Translations under genes and position numbers: made by a program
Shown here: piece after piece, positions 9,502 through 18,262 of the stretch
Layout of the letters: each line of letters opens with the position of its first letter
Numbering within the stretch: the stretch's first letter is position 1
From: Sedimentisphaeraceae bacterium JB056
GTDB lineage: Bacteria; Planctomycetota; Phycisphaerae; Sedimentisphaerales; Sedimentisphaeraceae
Assembly: GCA_044440125.1 (NCBI GenBank)
Contig: JBITAJ010000029.1
Span: 256,001 to 320,000, forward strand
Length of the DNA: 64,000 nt
Reading direction: 5' to 3'
Notes under the pieces: model-generated
Told to the model about the DNA's origin: nothing
Databases searched by the model: none
Seen by the model: the letters and a program-made list of their open reading frames with translations, nothing else

Positions 9502-10998
9502 ATGCAAAAGAAACAAGCAATTGTTATTATGAGTGATACTCAGCGACGTGACATGCTGGGGTGTTATTACGGAGACAATGTTCGAACACCGAATCTTGAC
9601 AGATTGGCGTCAGAGGGTATGCTTTTTGAACGTGCTTATTGTTGTGACCCCGTTTGTGGGCCGGCTCGTTCCGCGATATTTTCTGGGACTTATCCTCATA
9701 CTAATGGTATATGGTCGAATGGTTTTTCGATGGGAACTGATATCCCTACTATAGGTCAAAGGCTATCAAAAGATGATATATATAGTGCGTATATTGGCAA
9801 ATGGCATATTGACGGGGCTATGTTTGGTCATGGAAAAGCTCCTGAAGGGTGGGCCTCGGAATGGTGGTTTGATGCTCGTAATCATTTAGAGCAGTTCAGT
9901 GATGAAGAACGTTTAATGCTTAGAAACGCTGAATCGAGTGGTAAAGTTCCTGAAGATATGTGTTTCGCGAATCACTGTACCGGCAGAGCTTTGAAATTTA
10001 TAGATGAAAATAAAGACAAAGACTTTCTGTTGGTTGTGTCGTATAAAGAACCGCATCATCCATGGCTTGCTCCTGAACCGTTTGCCAGCATGTTTGATAA
10101 TGATGATATCAAGCTGGATAATAACACGAATATCAAACTTGATGATAATATACCTGAATTAAAGCGTTTATGGGGTCAGGCTTACGTGCATAATATACCA
10201 AATAATTTTATAGAGCAAAAGAAACGTTTCCTTGCATGTAATGCTTATGTTGATTATGAAATAGGTAAGTTGCTGAACAGTATTGATGATAACTGTCCAG
10301 AAGCATTAACTATTTATACTGCTGATCATGGTTTTTCATTAGGCAATCGGATGGGATTATATGACAAAGGACCGGCTGTTTATGAAGAAATCATAGGTGT
10401 TCCTCTTCTTATTAGAAAAAAAGGAATGATATCTTCAAATACAAGATACAAAAATCCTGTATCACATATTGACTTAACGCCTACTATTCTCGATTTTATG
10501 GGATGTAAATCTTCTCCTGTACTGGAAGGTAAAAGTATGCTGCCGATTCTTAAAGATTCGAAGGTGCCTCATAAATCGGAAGTATTTGTGGAATTTGGTC
10601 GTTTCACTATGGCACATGATGGGTATGGTGGATTTAACCCTTATCGTTGCTGTATAACTGAAGATTATAAATTATGTATTAATTTGTTGGACAAGGATGA
10701 ACTCTATAATATAAAGGAAGACCCCGATGAAGTTGTGAACTTGATTAGTGTGCCAGAATATGCGGAGATTCGTAATCAGCTTCATGATCGAATTCTGGAA
10801 TGGATGGGCGAGACAAGAGATTGTTTTCGGGGATATCATTGGGAACGCCGTCCATGGAGGACAGATGCACGCCCAGCATCTTACCATTATACTAGAACTA
10901 AAAGATACAAACGTGGCGATCCTGGTTTTACACCTGAACCATTGGATTATTCTACTGGGCTGCCAATTAGTAATTATGATCAAAAAGTTACTTATTGA
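9502..10998 (+). CDS. Formylglycine-dependent sulfatase, YidJ-like
   Basis: CGPAR (CxPxR), GKWH, ADHG and DKGP; overall resemblance to E. coli YidJ-type sulfatases. Confidence 0.92.
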   Translation: MQKKQAIVIMSDTQRRDMLGCYYGDNVRTPNLDRLASEGMLFERAYCCDPVCGPARSAIFSGTYPHTNGIWSNGFSMGTDIPTIGQRLSKDDIYSAYIGKWHIDGAMFGHGKAPEGWASEWWFDARNHLEQFSDEERLMLRNAESSGKVPEDMCFANHCTGRALKFIDENKDKDFLLVVSYKEPHHPWLAPEPFASMFDNDDIKLDNNTNIKLDDNIPELKRLWGQAYVHNIPNNFIEQKKRFLACNAYVDYEIGKLLNSIDDNCPEALTIYTADHGFSLGNRMGLYDKGPAVYEEIIGVPLLIRKKGMISSNTRYKNPVSHIDLTPTILDFMGCKSSPVLEGKSMLPILKDSKVPHKSEVFVEFGRFTMAHDGYGGFNPYRCCITEDYKLCINLLDKDELYNIKEDPDEVVNLISVPEYAEIRNQLHDRILEWMGETRDCFRGYHWERRPWRTDARPASYHYTRTKRYKRGDPGFTPEPLDYSTGLPISNYDQKVTY

Positions 10999-11043
10999 GA
11001 AATTCAGAAGTACAATTTTGTATATAGATTGTTTTTAGATAGT

Positions 11044-12561
11044 ATGAATACTAAATGTAATATTGTAAATTTTATCAGGGGCATTGAACCCAGATGTGAT
11101 ATGGATCTGTTTGAGCCGGTTATAGAGCAGTTGAAGATTGTTCAGGCTAATAACCTCCCGGCTACATGGCTGTTTCAATATGATGCGTTTATAAATCCTG
11201 AATTTGTATCTATCTTTGATAATGCCGGTTCTGATCAGGAGATTGGATTGTGGCTTGAGATCGTTCAGCCGATGGTTGAAAAGGCAGGGCTTAAGTGGCG
11301 TGGTAGATGGGGCTGGGATTGGTTCCCTGATGTAGGTTTTACTGTCGGTTATGATAAGCAGCAGCGTGAAAAACTTATAGATGTGTGTTTTGCCGAATTT
11401 GAAAATGTATTCGGGTATTTTCCTGAGTCTGTCGGTTCGTGGGTATTGGATGCTCATTCAATGGAATACATGTCGAATAAGTATGGAGTTAAAGCGTTCT
11501 GTGTGTGTAAGGAGCAGTCCGGTACCGATGGCTATACATTATGGGGCGGTTACTACAATCACGCATATTACCCTTCAAAAAATAATGCCCTGTTGCCGGC
11601 TTGTGAAAAAAGAAACCAGATTAACACGCCCGTATTCCGTATGTTGGGAGCAGATCCGATTTATCAGTATAATGCTGATACTTATGATTGTGAAGGCCAG
11701 GATGCTCAAAGAGTGCATACGCTTGAACCTGTATCGGGAGGTTGCGGGGATAATAAGGATTGGATTAATTGGTATTTTGATATAAACGAATCTCAAAATA
11801 CATACCCCTTTGGGTATATACAAATCGGACAGGAAAATTCCTTTGGATGGGATGTGATCAAGACCGGTTTTACTCTACAGATAGAGGTTCTGATGGAACG
11901 AGTCAAAGACGGCAAAGTTGAGGCTCAGACGCTTGCGCAGTCGGGTAAATGGTTTCGTAAGCAGTTTGGTGTTTCGCCGGCGATTACTTTTTCTGCTCTT
12001 GACGATTATAAGAAGCAGAATTTCAAGTCAGTATGGTTCTATAGCCGTTACTACAGGATAAATATCGTTTCTGATGGTTCACAGATCTTTATACGCGATC
12101 TTATGCTCTACAGTGATGAGCTAAAAGAGAAGTATATTGATGGCGTTTGTAACAGTCCTCATTGTCAATTCAGGGCATTGCCGATAGTAGAAGGTTCGCT
12201 TTATGATGAGGACTGCGGCAGAATTAAACTTCCAGTGAAATTAATAAGTGATTCGCTTAATATAACTCATAATGAAGATGCTAAGCTTCTTACGTGGGAT
12301 ACGGCTGATTGCAGGAAATTTACTGTTAAATTGTTAGAAGATAGCATCGAATTTTATTCAGATGACAAAGACTGGTCGTTGACTTATCTTATTGGAGAGA
12401 ATAAGTCATTGCTGAATAATGTTTTATCTGATAGTTTGTTGTTCAGTCAAGATGAGTTTGAATATAGGCTGAATCTCTCTGAGGGTTTATTTGTTAAGAA
12501 AAATTCTGTTATAAGTCTGACTACGGAGGGTTGTAGACTTGTTGTTAATCTAAAAGATTAG
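11044..12561 (+). CDS. Conserved hypothetical protein, glycoside hydrolase/deacetylase-like (beta/alpha)-barrel
   Basis: ATWLFQYDA, FGYFPESVGSW and TDGYTLWGGY. Start placed at ATG 11044; the track start is 11029. Confidence 0.55.
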   Translation: MNTKCNIVNFIRGIEPRCDMDLFEPVIEQLKIVQANNLPATWLFQYDAFINPEFVSIFDNAGSDQEIGLWLEIVQPMVEKAGLKWRGRWGWDWFPDVGFTVGYDKQQREKLIDVCFAEFENVFGYFPESVGSWVLDAHSMEYMSNKYGVKAFCVCKEQSGTDGYTLWGGYYNHAYYPSKNNALLPACEKRNQINTPVFRMLGADPIYQYNADTYDCEGQDAQRVHTLEPVSGGCGDNKDWINWYFDINESQNTYPFGYIQIGQENSFGWDVIKTGFTLQIEVLMERVKDGKVEAQTLAQSGKWFRKQFGVSPAITFSALDDYKKQNFKSVWFYSRYYRINIVSDGSQIFIRDLMLYSDELKEKYIDGVCNSPHCQFRALPIVEGSLYDEDCGRIKLPVKLISDSLNITHNEDAKLLTWDTADCRKFTVKLLEDSIEFYSDDKDWSLTYLIGENKSLLNNVLSDSLLFSQDEFEYRLNLSEGLFVKKNSVISLTTEGCRLVVNLKD

Positions 12562-12586
12562 AGTTTATTAAATAAGGGATGATATT

Positions 12587-13420
12587 ATGAAAAGAGTGAT
12601 ATGTGTTTTAGTTGTCATCATGTGTTGTGGGTTTTGTGCGGCAGATGATAAAGTTAAATCTGAGTCTTCATATACGACAGTTAAGGATATATCGTATATT
12701 CTGGATCAGACTGATAATGTTGATGAGTATGCGAAAGAGAGATGTAAGCTTGATATCTATTACCCTGAAGGCAAGGATGCGTTTACGACTGTTGTATGGC
12801 TTCATAGCGGTGGGCTTACTGCAGGTGAAAAATGTGTTCCTGATGAGTTGAAAGGCAAGGGGATTGCTGTCGTCGGAGTTAATTATCGATTGTCTCCCAA
12901 AGTTAAAAGTCCGGTATATGTAGAGGATGCCGCACAAGCTATAGCATGGGTATTCAAAAACATTTCTGAGTATGGCGGTGATCCTGAAAAAATAATCGTT
13001 TCGGGATTTTCTGCCGGTGGTTATCTTACTTCTCTTATTGGTTTGGACAAGAGATATCTCGCCAGGTATGGAATTGATGCTAATGATATCGCAGGCCTTG
13101 CCGCACTAAGCGGGCATGCTATCACTCATTTTACGGTTAGAGAAGAGATGGGCATTGATGGGAAACAGCCAGTAATAGATGAAATGTCTCCTTTGTTTTA
13201 CGTTCGTGGTGATGCGCCGCCTCTTTTGCTTGTAACCGGAGACAGGGAGCTTGAGGTTCTCGGGAGATATGAAGAGAATGCATATCTTATGAGAATGATG
13301 AGAATCGCCGGTCATACAAAAACTGAAATTTATGAATTGGATGGCTACGGTCATGAGAGAAAACCGGCCTTGCCTCTGTTGATTAAATTCATAAATAGAG
13401 AACTCAAGCCTGTTATGTAA
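12587..13420 (+). CDS. Secreted alpha/beta hydrolase (carbohydrate esterase/lipase-like)
   Basis: Signal peptide, HSGGL oxyanion motif, GFSAG nucleophile elbow and C-terminal GYGH. Confidence 0.88.
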   Translation: MKRVICVLVVIMCCGFCAADDKVKSESSYTTVKDISYILDQTDNVDEYAKERCKLDIYYPEGKDAFTTVVWLHSGGLTAGEKCVPDELKGKGIAVVGVNYRLSPKVKSPVYVEDAAQAIAWVFKNISEYGGDPEKIIVSGFSAGGYLTSLIGLDKRYLARYGIDANDIAGLAALSGHAITHFTVREEMGIDGKQPVIDEMSPLFYVRGDAPPLLLVTGDRELEVLGRYEENAYLMRMMRIAGHTKTEIYELDGYGHERKPALPLLIKFINRELKPVM

Positions 13421-13439
13421 GAGGGCTTAAATGGTTACA

Positions 13440-13470
13440 TAGCCATTGGGTGACCAGTGGTTATTTTTTT
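13440..13470 (+). terminator. Rho-independent terminator
   Basis: AGCCATTGG-GTGA-CCAGTGGTT stem followed by a T-tract, downstream of the hydrolase gene. Confidence 0.7.
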
Positions 13471-13478
13471 ATAAAAAG

Positions 13479-13531
13479 AATTACACGTGTAATTAGGTTT
13501 GTTGCAAGGAGAATTAAAATGCAGCTATAAT
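13479..13531 (+). promoter_or_regulatory. Perfect 16-bp palindrome (putative operator) plus sigma70-like promoter
   Basis: AATTACACGTGTAATT at 13479-13494; TTGCAA (13502-13507), 18 bp spacer, TATAAT (13526-13531). Confidence 0.6.
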
Positions 13532-13605
13532 GATTGAAGAAGTTTTTTGTAATTGGCATTTGGTGCGTATGCGTGATAATCAATAATCATTTAAGGAGAT
13601 TAATT

Positions 13606-16600
13606 GTGAAATTTAAATTTAATAGTCTGATGTTAGTGGCAGTTTTGTGTTGCAGTTTTGTGTATGCAGAGTTTGATGATAATTTTACAAGATCAGACAG
13701 CAACACAGTAGGCAATGGTTGGGTTGAAACAGAATCAAGTACAAGCCAGTTGGATATTCAGATTGTAAATAATGAAGTGAGCTGGGTAAGGATAGGTTCT
13801 ACAGATACAAATTCTGACGGTTCAATAGAGCATACATTTGATGCAGCAAGTGAGATATCTATACAGATGAAAATGCCTGTTATAGGATCTGACGGTCCGT
13901 CGATGATTTTTACTATATATGATGATGACAGCAATAAGATTGGCGTTCTGCTTGCAGAGAAATATGGCACAGATGGTCAGGTTGTAAGGATATATGTAAA
14001 CGGTGTGGAAGCGGCAACAAGGAATGTTGATGATTACGATACTTATAATACCTATAAGTTCGTTATCTCTGACAGTGGTCAGGTAAGTGTCTTGTTTAAT
14101 AACAGTACTGAATGGGAAAGTCCTCACGGCACACTTGGTTACGCAACAAAGGCTAATGTAAAGTTCTCAAGATGGTGGCGGTGGAATCAGGCATTCGCAG
14201 ATACGTTCAATACCACAGATGCGCCTGATGCCTGTCAGTGTGATCCGAATCTAATTGATATTGAAAGGATTTCTGAAATTGCTCTGAATGATGAATTCAG
14301 TCGTTCTGATAATTCCGATGTTGGAAACGGATGGACTGAAACTTCTGCAGGTAACGCTGGCGGCGGCGGTTCATTACCTTCTGCAGAAATATCTGGTCGT
14401 GAGGTTCTATTTAAACGAAACGGTTGGGGCTCAAACGCTTACGCGAAAATATCAAGAAGTTTCGCTGTTTCACAGAATATTGATAATGCAAGTGTTGATC
14501 TTGCTTTAGACACTAACGCATCATCAGGTTCAAATGTAACATATACTGACTTTAAAGTAACCGGAACCAATCGGGATGTAAGTGCGAGAGTCTTTGTTGA
14601 CACAAATGACAGTAGCAAGTTAGGTGTAGGACTCTATGATGAAGGTACGTGGTCATGGGGCCAAACTTCCAACAATGGCAGTTTTAACAATCTTCGCTTT
14701 ACAAATGAGATAATAAATGGGCAGCAGGAGACATGCTTCTATTTCAATGACAGCCTTTTATGGACAAGTGATGATGGAGGCTTGGGAGTCATTACTGATG
14801 CAGAAGTTTCTGCGAATTGGAAAGTTTGGGTGGATACGGCACAGCAGTATGCTGATAATTTTGTATGCAGTAAAACAATATCATCGGATATTGATGTGTT
14901 TGACCGTCCCGACAGTACAACAGTAGGTAATAGCTGGACGCAAACATACGCAGGCAATGCAGGTGGCGGCGGTTCAAATCCTTCATCAGAAATATACGGT
15001 AATGAGATTGTATTTAAGAGAAACGGATGGGGTTCTAATGCTTATGCTATGATATCTAAGAGTTTTGATTCGACTCAAAATATCGATAACGTGAGTATTG
15101 ACCTTGCATTAGGCACTGACGCTTCTCAAGGTTCAAATGTGACCTATACGGAATTAAAGTTGACTGGTACCGAGAGGAATGTTAATGCCAGAGTTTTTGT
15201 CGATACAAACGATGATACTAAGTTAGGTGTCGGTCTTTATGATGAAGGCACATGGACTTGGGGACAAACATCCAATAATGGCAGCTATAACAATCTGCGC
15301 TTCACAAATGAAATGGTAAGCGGTCAGCAGCAAACCAGATTTTATTTTAATGATACTCTGCTGTGGACAAGTGATGATGGTGGTGTTGGTATGATTACTG
15401 ATGCCGAAATTTCAGCGAACTGGAAGATTTGGGTAGATACAACGCAGCAGTATGCAGATAATTTTATTGCAGATTCAAGTTGTCTATTTGATGAGGATGA
15501 CAGCACTTACCTTTATCCCGGGGAAAATGAATATCTTATCTCAAAGGACAGTTCTGAATTGATCATGATTGAGATGTTCATTGATGCTGCAGCTGAAGGC
15601 AGTGTATGGGTCGATTGTGGTGATGTAATGCCGAGAGTTATCAATTATGAGTTGGGCAAAACATGGTATCGGTTGAGAATACCTTATAGTACATCGAGAA
15701 ACATAATTGTCTCTTGGGACGACCCTAATGACAATGCTAAATGGTGTGATATTCGTGTGGCATCAAGGACTGCCGTTCCTAATTCCTTTACCGCTACTGA
15801 TACCGTTAATATATCACTGGATATCACGGGAGAAGGTTCTACTGCCGTATCTGAGGTTCCATTTGGTGTTATGTGCAACTGGTGGGAGAATGGCCTTGTT
15901 GATGCGATTCTTGATTCTTCTGTGTCGCAGGAGCTGATAAGCCTCTTTGCCGATTATGGTGTTGATGGCTTGCGTTATCCCGGTGGTACGGGTACGTATG
16001 GATATCCGTTGTCATCAGATGCAATACAACCTTATATTGATGCCGGTTTAACTGATTATGCCTATGGCTTGTATGCAGATCCTATTGTATGGGCCAGTGC
16101 TGAGGACTATCTTGATTTCTGCATCGCTGCCGGAATAACATCATGGTATGAGATTAATCCGGGATACTGGTTCGACAGTGTTAATGATGATGTGTACAAA
16201 AGCATACCAATGAAGACTGATGATCCGAATATGACAACCTATCTGACTCAGGCCGTCAGTGCTGCCGTTGACTTTGCTGACACTTTGCATACAAGCGGTG
16301 CAGATGTAATCTGGGAGATTGGCAATGAAGACTATTGCTACTATTCTGGTGATGATTATGCTGTGCTGTGTGAGGCATTTGTCGAAGGTATAAAGTATGA
16401 ATATCCCAATGATAAATTTGCTGTCTGCGGTGATAGTAACAGCTGGTCTGACTGGACTTTCCATAACGATCTTGTAGATGCGTTGGAAGTGTCTAATATT
16501 TCAGATGTCGAATATTCAAGTAACCACTTGTATCTTACTGGTGTCGGTTATTGGGATTCGACAGGCTATCACGCTTATCCCTGGAATACGGCAAGAGATA

Positions 16601-17265
16601 TCTGTAATTCTACGATTGCTGCATGGCCCCAAATTAAGGCGCAGTATATAAACCCTGTTACAAACTTTAACAATGCCGGCTTTAACACGAAGTCTGCGAT
16701 AACAGAGTTCAATGTGATAGGCCCGGGCAGAGCTTTGGATGAAAGAGTTGAACACTCATTCGGTCGCGCGATTGGTGAGGCACAAACTGTATGTTCTATT
16801 TTTAATGAACTGGGCTCTTGCTTCTTTGTACATGATTTAGTAAGGAAAGATCCAAACTCGACATGGTTTGCAAGGCTTGACTATTATCCTGCTAACGAAT
16901 CAGGTCAGAAGTATTATCCATTTGCTGAATTTGTTGCAGATAGTATGGCAACAAATCATGGGCACGGAAATATCGTGTACAGTAATACGACAACAGGCGT
17001 ATGTGTAAGTAAGCATTCTGATTACTTGTATATTACGGCGGTTAATAAGAGCGATGAATATCGAGGTATAACACTTGATGTCGATGGAGTTTCTTATGAT
17101 ACAAGTAAGGCGACTGATATGCATCAGCTTATAAGTGATGATCCTGATTGCTTCTACTTTAACTATTTTGAATATGAATATACTCAACCTGCTCCTACAA
17201 GTGGAGATGTCTATATTGAGGCATACCCATACAGTATAACTGCGGCTAAAGTATATATTCAGTAA
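13606..17265 (+). CDS. Large secreted clan GH-A glycoside hydrolase (GH51/GH79-like catalytic domain) with N-terminal repeated beta-rich modules
   Basis: GTG start after AAGGAG and a signal peptide. GLRYPGG, WEIGNED (acid/base) and AITEFN (nucleophile). Three modules begin F-x-R-x-D...VGN-x-W. Confidence 0.75.
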   Translation: MKFKFNSLMLVAVLCCSFVYAEFDDNFTRSDSNTVGNGWVETESSTSQLDIQIVNNEVSWVRIGSTDTNSDGSIEHTFDAASEISIQMKMPVIGSDGPSMIFTIYDDDSNKIGVLLAEKYGTDGQVVRIYVNGVEAATRNVDDYDTYNTYKFVISDSGQVSVLFNNSTEWESPHGTLGYATKANVKFSRWWRWNQAFADTFNTTDAPDACQCDPNLIDIERISEIALNDEFSRSDNSDVGNGWTETSAGNAGGGGSLPSAEISGREVLFKRNGWGSNAYAKISRSFAVSQNIDNASVDLALDTNASSGSNVTYTDFKVTGTNRDVSARVFVDTNDSSKLGVGLYDEGTWSWGQTSNNGSFNNLRFTNEIINGQQETCFYFNDSLLWTSDDGGLGVITDAEVSANWKVWVDTAQQYADNFVCSKTISSDIDVFDRPDSTTVGNSWTQTYAGNAGGGGSNPSSEIYGNEIVFKRNGWGSNAYAMISKSFDSTQNIDNVSIDLALGTDASQGSNVTYTELKLTGTERNVNARVFVDTNDDTKLGVGLYDEGTWTWGQTSNNGSYNNLRFTNEMVSGQQQTRFYFNDTLLWTSDDGGVGMITDAEISANWKIWVDTTQQYADNFIADSSCLFDEDDSTYLYPGENEYLISKDSSELIMIEMFIDAAAEGSVWVDCGDVMPRVINYELGKTWYRLRIPYSTSRNIIVSWDDPNDNAKWCDIRVASRTAVPNSFTATDTVNISLDITGEGSTAVSEVPFGVMCNWWENGLVDAILDSSVSQELISLFADYGVDGLRYPGGTGTYGYPLSSDAIQPYIDAGLTDYAYGLYADPIVWASAEDYLDFCIAAGITSWYEINPGYWFDSVNDDVYKSIPMKTDDPNMTTYLTQAVSAAVDFADTLHTSGADVIWEIGNEDYCYYSGDDYAVLCEAFVEGIKYEYPNDKFAVCGDSNSWSDWTFHNDLVDALEVSNISDVEYSSNHLYLTGVGYWDSTGYHAYPWNTARDICNSTIAAWPQIKAQYINPVTNFNNAGFNTKSAITEFNVIGPGRALDERVEHSFGRAIGEAQTVCSIFNELGSCFFVHDLVRKDPNSTWFARLDYYPANESGQKYYPFAEFVADSMATNHGHGNIVYSNTTTGVCVSKHSDYLYITAVNKSDEYRGITLDVDGVSYDTSKATDMHQLISDDPDCFYFNYFEYEYTQPAPTSGDVYIEAYPYSITAAKVYIQ
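14287..15465 (+). repeat. Intragenic tandem duplication, 603-nt period (14287-14862 and 14890-15465)
   Basis: Two roughly 192-aa units share AGNAGGGGS, FKRNGWGSNAYA, KLGVGLYDEGTW and QQYADNF. Confidence 0.95.
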
Positions 17266-17271
17266 GTAAAC

Positions 17272-17314
17272 AGAAAGTCCGTGGGGGAGTTAATTGTCCT
17301 CACGGACTTTTCTT
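17272..17314. terminator. Terminator between convergent genes, probably bidirectional
   Basis: AAAGTCCGTG...CACGGACTTT inverted repeat with A/T-rich flanks. Confidence 0.8.
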
Positions 17315-17332
17315 GTTTTTCATATCGTAGCC

Positions 17333-18151
17333 CTATTTGTGGTCGTTCAGTTTTCTGAATATGCCAGGTGATGCACCGGTGTGTTTTTTGAAAAAACGCG
17401 AGAAGTAGTATTCTGAACTGAAGTTCAGTTTCTCTGCTATTGCTTTGACATTGGAATCACTTGTCAAGAGCATCTCGGTAGCTTTTCTTGTTAATGAATT
17501 GTCAAGAAAATTCTTTGGCGTTGTCTTGATATCCCGGGTGAATTTTCTGGAAAATACATCCTGTCTCATACCAGCCATATTTGCCAGCATTGCTACTGTT
17601 GTTGTAGCGTCCCCGAATTGCTGCACAAAATCAAATATTTTCTCATATCTCTGCCATGAAACATTCTTTTCAACGGTCTCAGGTTTATTCTTCAGCAATG
17701 ATGTGCATATTCCAAATATTATTTCATTGATACGGCAAAGAGTACTTATGTTTTCTGTTTCGGTTACAAGCTGTTTTGCTTCGTTGATGAGTTTTGGGTT
17801 TTTAAACACTTCGCATTTGTGATAGTTCTTGAAAGTGTCAAATCCATAGAATAGGTCGAGATTGAAATGGAATGAGACGAATTTAAGATTGTCGGTCAGC
17901 TTTGAATCTATGCAATGAAAACATGGTATGAAGTAGATATGTCCTTTTTGCAGAGGAAACATCTGCCCCGAAGAAGAATCACGCATAAAACTGTCTTTAT
18001 GCCCGCTATCATCAAGAATCATCAATAGTCGGTTTATAACTAAAAAAGAGTTTTGGGCTTCAATAGGAAAGGTGCCTGTTGTGGTTTGAACCAGTCTTAG
18101 ATTAAAGAATGAATGTAGTCTAACTAAATTCTTTTTTGAGTCAACTGCCAT
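17333..18151 (-). CDS. AraC family transcriptional regulator
   Basis: C-terminal double HTH (VKAIAEKLNFSSEYYFSRFFKKHTGASP). Start reassigned to the ATG at 18151 to avoid overlap with the divergent gene. Confidence 0.9.
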   Translation of the reverse strand: MAVDSKKNLVRLHSFFNLRLVQTTTGTFPIEAQNSFLVINRLLMILDDSGHKDSFMRDSSSGQMFPLQKGHIYFIPCFHCIDSKLTDNLKFVSFHFNLDLFYGFDTFKNYHKCEVFKNPKLINEAKQLVTETENISTLCRINEIIFGICTSLLKNKPETVEKNVSWQRYEKIFDFVQQFGDATTTVAMLANMAGMRQDVFSRKFTRDIKTTPKNFLDNSLTRKATEMLLTSDSNVKAIAEKLNFSSEYYFSRFFKKHTGASPGIFRKLNDHK

Positions 18152-18262
18152 AAAAGTATAAGTTTCTGCAAAATATATCCATTCATAAAGTTGGTTTTTG
18201 ATAGTATAATAACAATATATCACAAAAATTATCTTAAGCAAGACATAAAAGTGATTAAAATA

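Noticed and set aside
14287..15465. Repeat as a CRISPR array or mobile element
   Set aside because: It is an in-frame protein-domain duplication. No short regularly spaced repeats, cas genes, tRNA or rRNA were seen in the window.
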